Of a stretch of 64,000 bases of DNA, positions 38,761-47,571 are shown one piece after another. Source of the DNA: an uncultured Clostridia bacterium (lineage in GTDB: Bacteria; Bacillota; Clostridia; TANB77; CAG-508). Where the stretch lies: positions 2,002 to 66,001 of the forward strand of contig CAKPSF010000004.1 in assembly GCA_934183305.1 (NCBI GenBank). Direction: 5' to 3'. The notes under the pieces were generated by a model. The model was not told the DNA's origin and ran no database searches. It saw nothing but the letters and a program-made list of their open reading frames with translations. Made by a program: the position numbers and the translations under genes. The stretch's first letter is position 1; each line of letters begins with the position of its first letter.

Positions 38761-39567
38761 TTAAAGTACGTCTGGAATCTCCTTTCTAAGTTTTTTATAA
38801 ACTCTAACTGCAAACACAAGTAATATTAGAGTTACAACTATAAAACACAATAATGTTTTTGGTTGTTCCCAGAACCAAACTTTATTTATAAAGCAGTTTC
38901 TAAATCCTGTTACAAGATATGTTACTGGATTAATTTTCAATACTCTTTTTAACATTGCATTTTTTACAGTAGATGGATCCCATAAAATTCCTGACAACCA
39001 GAATACTGCAGTAATAAACGCTTTTACCAAATTGCTATAATCTTTACTAATTGCTGCAAGTGGCCCTGAAAATAAACTCCAAATATTAAAGAATATAAAT
39101 GTAAGTATCATATAGAAAGGTAATTGTAATAAGTATACATCTGGCACATAGCCAAATAATCTAAATATAATTATAACAATATAAATCAGCATTGCATGTA
39201 TAATAAATTTTGATATATTAACAAATGTTGGTATTGTAGATACAGGGAATTTCATCTTTGTAACTAAATAACTATATCTTCTTATACAATCTGTTCCTCC
39301 TGTAATCATTTCACTCATATAAAACCATGGTACAACACCAGCAATAAGCCATAGTAAATATGGATAGCCTTTAACAGTACTATTCGCTCTTAATCCAATT
39401 GCAAATGCAAACCAGTATACAAATATTGTTACTATTGGTTTAATTATCGCCCAAGCCCATCCTAGTGCTGCTCCTCTGTATGTTTTAACTAAGTCTGCTT
39501 TAGCCATTTTAAATATTTGCTTTCTATATTCAATATGTTCTTTTAATATCTGTAATAACATTTTCAT
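38761..39567 (-). CDS. tagG: ABC-2 type exporter permease (TagG/Wzm-like).
   Basis: 268 aa. Six TM helices. Adjacent to the ATPase. Confidence 0.75.
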   Translation of the reverse strand: MKMLLQILKEHIEYRKQIFKMAKADLVKTYRGAALGWAWAIIKPIVTIFVYWFAFAIGLRANSTVKGYPYLLWLIAGVVPWFYMSEMITGGTDCIRRYSYLVTKMKFPVSTIPTFVNISKFIIHAMLIYIVIIIFRLFGYVPDVYLLQLPFYMILTFIFFNIWSLFSGPLAAISKDYSNLVKAFITAVFWLSGILWDPSTVKNAMLKRVLKINPVTYLVTGFRNCFINKVWFWEQPKTLLCFIVVTLILLVFAVRVYKKLRKEIPDVL

Positions 39568-39588
39568 ATTTTTCTTCCTCTTTAAAAC

Positions 39589-40614
39589 TTATCTTATTTC
39601 TTCAAGTAATTTATTTACTTCTTTTTCATTTTTAAAATTTGTATTCACATTATGTAAGTCGAAAATATTTTCTCCATAAACAAATCCTATACCATGATTA
39701 TAGCTTTTAGATGTTCCTCCGTAATAAACATAGTATTTGCCATTTTCATATATAAAACTACTTCTATAAATCCCTTTATTATCCCAGTTAGTAGTTTTTA
39801 CAGAAGGTTTTAAAATTGTCTTTGCAATAGCCCAATTAATTCCATCTGTTGAACTTGTGTAATATAAATTCATATCATTCCTATTGGCCCATTTATCATA
39901 ACCAACAACAAGCATTTCATATTTATCTCTAGTATGTATTACATCTAAATGCCATGTTTTTAAATTCTTCTCATATTTAATTTCAATTATATTTTTATCA
40001 TTCCAAACAATTCCATCATTTGATACTGCAAATGTTACTATATTTCCTGCATCTACATACCACATTTTATATATTCCATTTTCATAAAGAATTGCAGGAC
40101 TAATATAATCTTTTTTATCTCTACTGTCTGAAACGGCTGTAGCAATTTTATTATACCAATTTACTCCATCTTTTGTTTCTTCTCTATAAATATATACTTT
40201 GTCTGCAATATCATCAACATATCTCCAATAGCAATACATTGTATTTGTATCGTTGTTATATACAATATGTGAATCAGAATTATATTTTTTACCAGCTATT
40301 GTTTCTTCAGGCGTATCAAGTGGATTTACTTTATCTCCAGGTGCACTCCAGTTTATAAGATCATTACTTACGGCAATATGCGGATTTTCTTTAGAATCCG
40401 TTCCTTTTGGATAAGGCGTGTAACTTAACCAATATTTATAGCCATTCCATTTCTCAGAAAAAGCTAAAACCTTAGGATGATATGCTTCTATATCTCCATA
40501 AGAACTAACTATATTTAGTCTGTACTTAGAATTATTGCTTTTAGGTGGTATAAAACATAATGCAAAAATAACAATAAGTACAACCGCAATGGCAATTTTC
40601 TTTTTCTTATTCAT
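39589..40614 (-). CDS. Membrane-anchored extracytoplasmic beta-propeller glycosidase-like protein (GH43/GH130-like).
   Basis: 341 aa. N-terminal TM/signal. Repeated W/Y-rich blade-like segments. Confidence 0.3.
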   Translation of the reverse strand: MNKKKKIAIAVVLIVIFALCFIPPKSNNSKYRLNIVSSYGDIEAYHPKVLAFSEKWNGYKYWLSYTPYPKGTDSKENPHIAVSNDLINWSAPGDKVNPLDTPEETIAGKKYNSDSHIVYNNDTNTMYCYWRYVDDIADKVYIYREETKDGVNWYNKIATAVSDSRDKKDYISPAILYENGIYKMWYVDAGNIVTFAVSNDGIVWNDKNIIEIKYEKNLKTWHLDVIHTRDKYEMLVVGYDKWANRNDMNLYYTSSTDGINWAIAKTILKPSVKTTNWDNKGIYRSSFIYENGKYYVYYGGTSKSYNHGIGFVYGENIFDLHNVNTNFKNEKEVNKLLEEIR

Positions 40615-42886
40615 TTTTATTATCCCCCTTGTCGCTGATATAATTTATAAATTTATCAGCTATAACCTCTCTTGAATATTTTGAATACATTATATCATAA
40701 TTTTTTTGTAATATATCTATTCCAATATTATTTAAATTTTTAATTTTTTCTAGTAAATCTTCATATGAGTTTATATATGAATATGGAATTTCTTTAAATA
40801 CTTCATTTGAGCCTTGATTTTTCATTCCAAATATCATTTTTCCATTAAATATTGCTTCTAAATATGTCATGCCAAATGAGTGATTTAACGAAAAATCTGT
40901 AACCAAATCATATTTTTCTAATTCTTCTTTAATATTAACTGCTAAACCTTCATACTTAATATAAGAAGTTAATTTTTCTTTCTCGATTCTCTCTAAAAAT
41001 TCTTCTAAATAATCTCCTATACCGTATACGTGAATTGTTAACATATTAAATTTATTTTGCTTCATAAACTTAGCAAAACCAATTAAATTATCAATGTCTT
41101 TGACTCTATCCTTAGAAACTCTTAACATATATGCAGAATGATATTTGTTTTTCTTTTTTATAGGTTTTATTTCGTCTCTTGTAATCATTTTTGAGCTTTC
41201 AATACAATTGCTAATAATTTCGTATTCATTATAATTATCATAATTTGCTTTATCTTTATATTGTTCTTGTCCACCCTTAGTTATAAATACAGCTTTTTCA
41301 ATTGTAGTTTGTTTAAGCTTATCTAATAAACCAACAAATTGTTGTTGTAAAACATTATAAAATGTATGAAAAAAGTATACTTTATTTTCAATATTTTTAG
41401 ATGGAGCATCTTTTAAAAATAGATGTAATGTTTCTCTAGTTGAAACAACAGTCTTACTTTTTATACTTTTTAATTTTCTTTTTAACGCAAACCCAACATA
41501 AGGAATTAAGTATTTCTTATTGCTATCATATTTTAAATACCCATAATGCATAGGGTTTAAAATTAATAACCTTTTAATAATGAATTGTAAATTATTTTTT
41601 CTTGCATAATAAAAAGCAGTTGCATTTAACCCATAAGGATGTTTTCCTTTTCTAACAGTCTTTTTTAAAGATATAAGCTTTACAAGGTATTTTTTTTCTA
41701 ACAGTCCTTCTGCCAATGCTAAGGTTGCAGAAACCGTTCCTCCTGTTCCAAAAAAATTATATCCTAAAAAAGTTATTTCATTTTTTTGAATATTAGCAAA
41801 TTCATCATATATCTTCTCAATATATTTTCCGCTCTTTATATATTTGAAATCTATATTTTCAGGCAATTTATTTCTAAAAAAGTTATTTATTTTATTGTTA
41901 TTATTTTTTAACTCTGTTACAAGTTTTGTAGGAGTCTTAATAGAATACTCTTTCATTTCTTTTAAGTAATAAAAGTCTCTAGTTTTTGAGTAATCTTTTA
42001 TATCTGGTTGATATAGAAAAACTGGTTTTCCTAGCAATGTAAAATCAAATGCAATAGATGAATAATCGGTTATTAATATGTCATTTTTAGCAACTTCATC
42101 CATTACATCAATATCTTTAGGTGTAACAATTTCTATATTATCATCTTTAAGTTTGTTAGTTATATAGTCAATTTTATTTTTATCAAAGAATTGATGTAAG
42201 CATATCTTCAATTTGTAATTTTCATTTTTCAAAAATTCATTCATTTTATAATTATTTACAACTTTTTTAATATTGTCTATGAACTTTTTAGTTTCTACAT
42301 TATCTCCAAAGTACTCCCTCCAAGTTATAAACCATAAAATGCTTTTTTTAGTTCTTTCTTGTTTCTTAAATTCTTCGTATCTATTAACCAACTCTTTATA
42401 TCTCGGATGAAATTCCGCATAATATAATTGATAATCTTTAAATCCATTTTCTTCTTTTAGTATATCTTTTATATATCTATTATAATAAAAGAATCTAAAC
42501 ATATTATTGTTGTAACTATCGCCTTTATATCCTATCTTTTTTATTGCTAAAGTACCATGCTGTAAATATATTACAGGAACTTTAATTCCTCTTTTAATAA
42601 AATATCTTGTTGGTTCAACATCTTTATAGCTTAATGTTACATATAGCATATTTGCATTATTATATAATATATGATGTTTTATTGTATCTTTCCAAACAAT
42701 ATATTTTTTTGCTTTATTATTTAATTTTTTATAAACTTTCATATTCTTTTTATTTTTGCGCATAACAAAATATTTTTCAATTTCATCATCTCTCTCAACA
42801 ATTTGTTGCCAAAAATAAAAAGAATTGTTATTTGCAGTATTTCCTAAATTTTCTCCAAAAAGCCATATGAATTTACTTTTTTCCAT
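40607..42886 (-). CDS. Bifunctional CDP-glycerol glycerophosphotransferase (TagB/TagF family) fused to a C-terminal GT4 glycosyltransferase domain.
   Basis: 759 aa. N-terminal ~370 aa are TagF-like. C-terminal ~380 aa are GT-B/GT4-like (GGTVSATLALAEGL...). Confidence 0.65.
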   Translation of the reverse strand: MEKSKFIWLFGENLGNTANNNSFYFWQQIVERDDEIEKYFVMRKNKKNMKVYKKLNNKAKKYIVWKDTIKHHILYNNANMLYVTLSYKDVEPTRYFIKRGIKVPVIYLQHGTLAIKKIGYKGDSYNNNMFRFFYYNRYIKDILKEENGFKDYQLYYAEFHPRYKELVNRYEEFKKQERTKKSILWFITWREYFGDNVETKKFIDNIKKVVNNYKMNEFLKNENYKLKICLHQFFDKNKIDYITNKLKDDNIEIVTPKDIDVMDEVAKNDILITDYSSIAFDFTLLGKPVFLYQPDIKDYSKTRDFYYLKEMKEYSIKTPTKLVTELKNNNNKINNFFRNKLPENIDFKYIKSGKYIEKIYDEFANIQKNEITFLGYNFFGTGGTVSATLALAEGLLEKKYLVKLISLKKTVRKGKHPYGLNATAFYYARKNNLQFIIKRLLILNPMHYGYLKYDSNKKYLIPYVGFALKRKLKSIKSKTVVSTRETLHLFLKDAPSKNIENKVYFFHTFYNVLQQQFVGLLDKLKQTTIEKAVFITKGGQEQYKDKANYDNYNEYEIISNCIESSKMITRDEIKPIKKKNKYHSAYMLRVSKDRVKDIDNLIGFAKFMKQNKFNMLTIHVYGIGDYLEEFLERIEKEKLTSYIKYEGLAVNIKEELEKYDLVTDFSLNHSFGMTYLEAIFNGKMIFGMKNQGSNEVFKEIPYSYINSYEDLLEKIKNLNNIGIDILQKNYDIMYSKYSREVIADKFINYISDKGDNKNE

Positions 42887-42922
42887 TTTAAATAAAATCT
42901 CCTAAGTCAAATTTAATATTTC

Positions 42923-43354
42923 CTATATATTAGGTATTTGATCCACTCCATTTATTGGTTCTTGAAGTCCTAAATCTTTTTTTATTTTTGTTGTTGATAT
43001 TCCTTCTGTTCTTGGTAGATAAACAACCTCACAATAATCTTTTAATATTTCAAATCTTGGGTCATTTTCCCAATCTCCACCCATTACAGTAACATCAACA
43101 TGATATTCCTTAACATCATTTATTTTTTGATTCCAGTCACTTTCTGGTATAACCAAATCAACATATCTAATTGCTTCTAACATTTTCTTTCTTGTTTCAT
43201 AATTGTGATAAGCTTTTTTTCCTTTTATTTCATTAAACTCATCTGTTGATAATGCTACAATTAAATAATCTCCTAACTCTTTAGCTCTCTTTAGTAACCT
43301 AATATGTCCATAATGTAACAAGTCATATGTTCCATATGTTAAGACTCTTTTCAT
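42923..43354 (-). CDS. tagD: Glycerol-3-phosphate cytidylyltransferase.
   Basis: 143 aa. YGTYDLLHYGHIRLL HxGH motif. Confidence 0.9.
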   Translation of the reverse strand: MKRVLTYGTYDLLHYGHIRLLKRAKELGDYLIVALSTDEFNEIKGKKAYHNYETRKKMLEAIRYVDLVIPESDWNQKINDVKEYHVDVTVMGGDWENDPRFEILKDYCEVVYLPRTEGISTTKIKKDLGLQEPINGVDQIPNI

Positions 43355-43372
43355 ATTTTTATTTCTCCTTTA

Positions 43373-44617
43373 TTAATTCAATATCTTATCAATCACTCTT
43401 TTACTAGCTTTACCATCATCTAGATAATTAAACTTTTCATTAAATTTTTTATATTTATTATCATAAATAAAGTTAGAAAATAATTTTTTTATTTCAATTA
43501 TAAGTTCATCTTCTTTTTTTATTATATTTCCTGGCAGTTCATCTAATTTTAAATAAAATCCCCTTATGTTATCTCTATAATCTTCTAGGTCATACATATA
43601 AAATACTATTGGTCTTTTTAAATTAGCATAATCAAAAAATACGCTTGAATAATCTGTTATTAGCATATCAGCTACTACATACAAATGATTTATATCATCA
43701 TAATTTGATACATCAATTATAAAATCTTTATATTTGTCAAAATTAAAAGATTGTGCAACAAGCCAATGTGCTCTAAATAAAATTATATATTCATCAGATA
43801 ATTCTTTTTGAAGTTTATCAAAATCAATTTGTGTTTTGTATGTGTACCCAATCTCTGTTGAATGTTGATTGTCTCTATAAGTTGGTGCGTATAAAATTAT
43901 TTTTTTATTAGTAGATTCTATATTCAACTTTTTCTTAATTTGGTTAATATCATCTTCAGTATAGTTATATAGAAAATCATTTCTAGGATATCCTTCTTCA
44001 ATCATTATATTTTCTTTGTTTATTTTCTTTAAATCCCAAGTAGAAATAAATTTTTCACTTGCAAACTTAGATGGTGAAATGAAATATGAGAATTTTGATG
44101 CTTCCATATGGTATCTATCTCTAATTTCAGAAATAGAATTCATTGCATTATTAAAGTGTTCTAAATCACATCCAAGTCTTTTAAGTGGAGTACCATGCCA
44201 GCATTGTACAAAAACTTGATTTTCTTTTGGGAATATATAATCTTGAATTTTATAATTAAATATCCAATACTTAGCTTGTCCCATTATTTTTAAAAACTCT
44301 TTTGATTTAATATCTATTACTTTAGTACTGTTATTTTCCTCAAGATATTTATGTTTTTCTACATCATTAAAAGCCCACACAAACTTATAATTTTTATATT
44401 TTTCATCTTTTATAAGATATTCATACAATGCTTTAGGGCTATCGCAGTATGATCTACCATTGAAACTTGCAAAAATAATTAATTTATCATCAACTTTTAA
44501 CTTTCTAGTAATTGCTTTATACTGCATATTACATTTTAAAAAATAAACTTTTCTGGCAATTTTTCTTATAAAAGTGTTTTCTTTAATTAATTTTTCCAAC
44601 TTATTTTTAAATTTCAT
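43373..44617 (-). CDS. CDP-glycerol glycerophosphotransferase family protein (TagB/TagF-like).
   Basis: 414 aa with the TagB/F family C-terminal catalytic region. Confidence 0.7.
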   Translation of the reverse strand: MKFKNKLEKLIKENTFIRKIARKVYFLKCNMQYKAITRKLKVDDKLIIFASFNGRSYCDSPKALYEYLIKDEKYKNYKFVWAFNDVEKHKYLEENNSTKVIDIKSKEFLKIMGQAKYWIFNYKIQDYIFPKENQVFVQCWHGTPLKRLGCDLEHFNNAMNSISEIRDRYHMEASKFSYFISPSKFASEKFISTWDLKKINKENIMIEEGYPRNDFLYNYTEDDINQIKKKLNIESTNKKIILYAPTYRDNQHSTEIGYTYKTQIDFDKLQKELSDEYIILFRAHWLVAQSFNFDKYKDFIIDVSNYDDINHLYVVADMLITDYSSVFFDYANLKRPIVFYMYDLEDYRDNIRGFYLKLDELPGNIIKKEDELIIEIKKLFSNFIYDNKYKKFNEKFNYLDDGKASKRVIDKILN

Positions 44618-44635
44618 ATTTTTTCTCCCAAAGTA

Positions 44636-45781
44636 TCACACAAGTTTTAGAACAAAATCAGCTAGTTTAGCTGTTGTATTCTTTGGATTTACCTCTATGT
44701 ATTTATTTTTATATTTTTCTATTTCATTTATGTTGTAATCATTGTTTTCAATTTTTCTCATTATATCACTAAACTTTTTACTTGTAAATGATTTTAATTC
44801 TTCAGACAAATCTATATTTAAGCCTCTATTTTTATCATAATTTTCTATATCATATAAATATAAAAAGATAGGTTTATCAAGTATACTGGCTTCTATTGAT
44901 AATATAGAATAATCAGTTATGATATAGTCAGCAATTTTAATCAAGTCATAGGTTGTATATTTATTATCAAAATCATATTCACTTGGTATCTGTGTATCAT
45001 CAAGTGGGTGAAGTTTAATTATTATTTTATATTTAGTTTTATCATACTGATAATTAAAGATTTCACTCAAGTCAATATTTTTATCTTTTCTAAATGTAGG
45101 AACATATAAAATTATTTTTTTACCTTTTAATTCCGGATAAGAATTAAATATTTGAATCGATTTATCGTATTTCTCACTTGATATATATTCAAGTCTTGGA
45201 AGTCCAAGTTTAACAATTTTTTCTATTTCTATATTAAATGCTTCTGAGAAAATTTTTCTAGTCACTTCACTTGGTGCTATTACATAATTATAGTTTTTAT
45301 GCATACACATAAATTTTGCAACATCACTTGATTTTCCCTCTTCTTTATCTAATATTTGGTATCCAAATTTCTTAACAGCTCCAGAAGCATGCCATATTTG
45401 AATTATTTTTAAGCTTTTCTTGTGTTTTAATATACTAACTGGAACACAGTAACTCTCAGTAATACATACTTTAGATGTTGCTAAATAATACATTGCTTTG
45501 AATACATACCCTATCATGCCAAAGACATATACAACATAATCGCTCTTTTTCTTTAAACCACTTTTCATTTTTTTGCATAAAAATATCTGTTTTATAGAGC
45601 CATCTTGTTTTGTTATTTCATTTTTTAGCATTTCAAAGTCCAAACTGATATTGTTTGACTGCATACTTGTATATACTATTTGATTTTTGGTAGGAAACAG
45701 CTTAATAAAAAAATAAATAAAGTTCAAAAAAGCTTTTCCTAAAACAATTATAATTTTTTTCAATATTAATACCTTCTTCAT
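44636..45781 (-). CDS. CDP-glycerol glycerophosphotransferase family protein (TagB/TagF-like).
   Basis: 381 aa. TagB/F-like. Confidence 0.7.
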   Translation of the reverse strand: MKKVLILKKIIIVLGKAFLNFIYFFIKLFPTKNQIVYTSMQSNNISLDFEMLKNEITKQDGSIKQIFLCKKMKSGLKKKSDYVVYVFGMIGYVFKAMYYLATSKVCITESYCVPVSILKHKKSLKIIQIWHASGAVKKFGYQILDKEEGKSSDVAKFMCMHKNYNYVIAPSEVTRKIFSEAFNIEIEKIVKLGLPRLEYISSEKYDKSIQIFNSYPELKGKKIILYVPTFRKDKNIDLSEIFNYQYDKTKYKIIIKLHPLDDTQIPSEYDFDNKYTTYDLIKIADYIITDYSILSIEASILDKPIFLYLYDIENYDKNRGLNIDLSEELKSFTSKKFSDIMRKIENNDYNINEIEKYKNKYIEVNPKNTTAKLADFVLKLV

Positions 45782-47490
45782 TACATTTTATCTGGCATTT
45801 CTATTCCTAGTAAACTCATTCCAATTTTTAATACTAAACCAGTAATGTATGTTACATATATTCTGGCATTTCTATCTTGGATATCATCTGCCATTATCTT
45901 ATACTCATTATAAAAACTACTATATGCTTTTGATAAATCAATTAAATATCTAGCCAAAATTGAAGGTTCATTTTTTGAAGTGGCTTGAATAATCGTATCT
46001 TGGAAATTATATATTAATTTTATAATTTTAATAGCTTCCTTATTATTTAATTTGTTTATATCAACTTCATTTGCTGTTGGCATTTGTTGTAAGTTCTTAA
46101 TTATACTATTTGTTCTTACATATGTATACTGAATATATGGTCCAGTTTCTCCACTAAAGTTAAGAATTGTATCCCAATCAAATACTTGGTCTTTAATTAT
46201 AGTTGTTCCAACATTGCAAAATGTTATAGCACCTATCCCAATCTTTTTTGCATTTTCACATTTGTTTTCCATATCTGGATTTTTTTCTTCAATTATCTTT
46301 TCTACTCTTGAGATAGCTTCGTGTAATAAATCATTAACTTTAATAACATTTCCTTCCCTTGTAGACATTTTTCCTGATTTTAAGTGTACCATTCCGTAAG
46401 GAATATGTTGCAAACCATTTATATACTTTTCATCTAAGCCTAATAGTTTTGCTACTTCAAATATTTGTTTAAAGTGTAAATTTTGTTCATAGGCAACAAT
46501 GTATAAACATTTATCAAAATCATATGTTCTAGCTCTGTATAAGATAGCAGCCAAGTCTCTTGTCGCATAAGTAGTTGAGTCGTCTGATTTTTTAATCATA
46601 CAAATCCCCATCTTTTTATCTTCTAAATCAACTATCTTAGCACCTTCTGATTTAATAAGTTTTCCAGACTTTTCAAGAAGACTAACAACTTCATCCATTT
46701 TATCATAATAAAACGCTTCTCCACTTAAAGAATCAAATTTAACGCCTAATATATCATAAATTCTTTCAAATTCTTTCAAACTTAATTCTTTAAATTTATT
46801 CCATATTTCAACGCAATATTTATCTCCATCTTCTAACTTTTTAAAATTAGCTCTACATGCTTCTAATACGCTTTCATCTTTTTTGCACAAATCATTTATT
46901 CTTACATAAATTTTTGTAAGTTCATCAATAGGATTTTCCTCTATATTATACTCTTGTCCCCACAATTTATATCCTTCTATCATTTTCCCAAATTGTGTTC
47001 CATAATCTCCCAAATGATTTATTCCTATTGTATTATATCCTAAGAATTTATACATATTATATAAAGTACGTCCAATTAACGTATTTCTTAAATGTCCAAT
47101 ATGAAAAGGTTTTGCTATATTAGGTGAAGAATATTCGACTAATATAGTTTTACCATTTCCAATATCAGTTTTGCCATAATTTTCTTTCTGGTTATCTATT
47201 TCTTCAATAGTGTCTTTAATTAAAATATTTTTATTAATGTAAAAATTTAAGTATCCACCAGCCACTTCAACGCTTTCAATTACATCATTTTTGCTTGATT
47301 CTATTTTAGTTTTTAATTCTTTTGCTATAACTTGAGGTGCTTTCTTTAATTCTTTAGCCAATCTAAAACATGGGAAAGCATAATCCCCCATATCCTCAGG
47401 TGGTATTTCTATATATCCTTCTAATTCCTCGCAATTAATATTTGTATTATTCGAAATTATTTTAGCAATTTCATTTTTAAAATTAATCAT
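45781..47490 (-). CDS. argS: Arginine--tRNA ligase.
   Basis: 569 aa. HIGH-like PFHIGHLRN. Class I ArgRS. Confidence 0.9.
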   Translation of the reverse strand: MINFKNEIAKIISNNTNINCEELEGYIEIPPEDMGDYAFPCFRLAKELKKAPQVIAKELKTKIESSKNDVIESVEVAGGYLNFYINKNILIKDTIEEIDNQKENYGKTDIGNGKTILVEYSSPNIAKPFHIGHLRNTLIGRTLYNMYKFLGYNTIGINHLGDYGTQFGKMIEGYKLWGQEYNIEENPIDELTKIYVRINDLCKKDESVLEACRANFKKLEDGDKYCVEIWNKFKELSLKEFERIYDILGVKFDSLSGEAFYYDKMDEVVSLLEKSGKLIKSEGAKIVDLEDKKMGICMIKKSDDSTTYATRDLAAILYRARTYDFDKCLYIVAYEQNLHFKQIFEVAKLLGLDEKYINGLQHIPYGMVHLKSGKMSTREGNVIKVNDLLHEAISRVEKIIEEKNPDMENKCENAKKIGIGAITFCNVGTTIIKDQVFDWDTILNFSGETGPYIQYTYVRTNSIIKNLQQMPTANEVDINKLNNKEAIKIIKLIYNFQDTIIQATSKNEPSILARYLIDLSKAYSSFYNEYKIMADDIQDRNARIYVTYITGLVLKIGMSLLGIEMPDKM

Positions 47491-47529
47491 ACCTATTTTC
47501 TCTCCTTTTTCAACGCTTCTATTATACTA

Positions 47530-47567
47530 AAAAAAGAACATATATGCAAGTTTATATGTTCTTTTTT
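47530..47567 (-). terminator. Rho-independent terminator of the UPF0182 gene.
   Basis: AAGAACATATA and TATATGTTCTT form an 11-bp stem. On the minus strand it is followed by U7. Confidence 0.6.
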
Positions 47568-47571
47568 AATA

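Noticed and set aside
47491-47571. T-box leader upstream of argS.
   Set aside because: The intergenic region is only ~80 nt and is occupied by the upstream gene terminator. It is too short for a T-box and there is no specifier or antiterminator.
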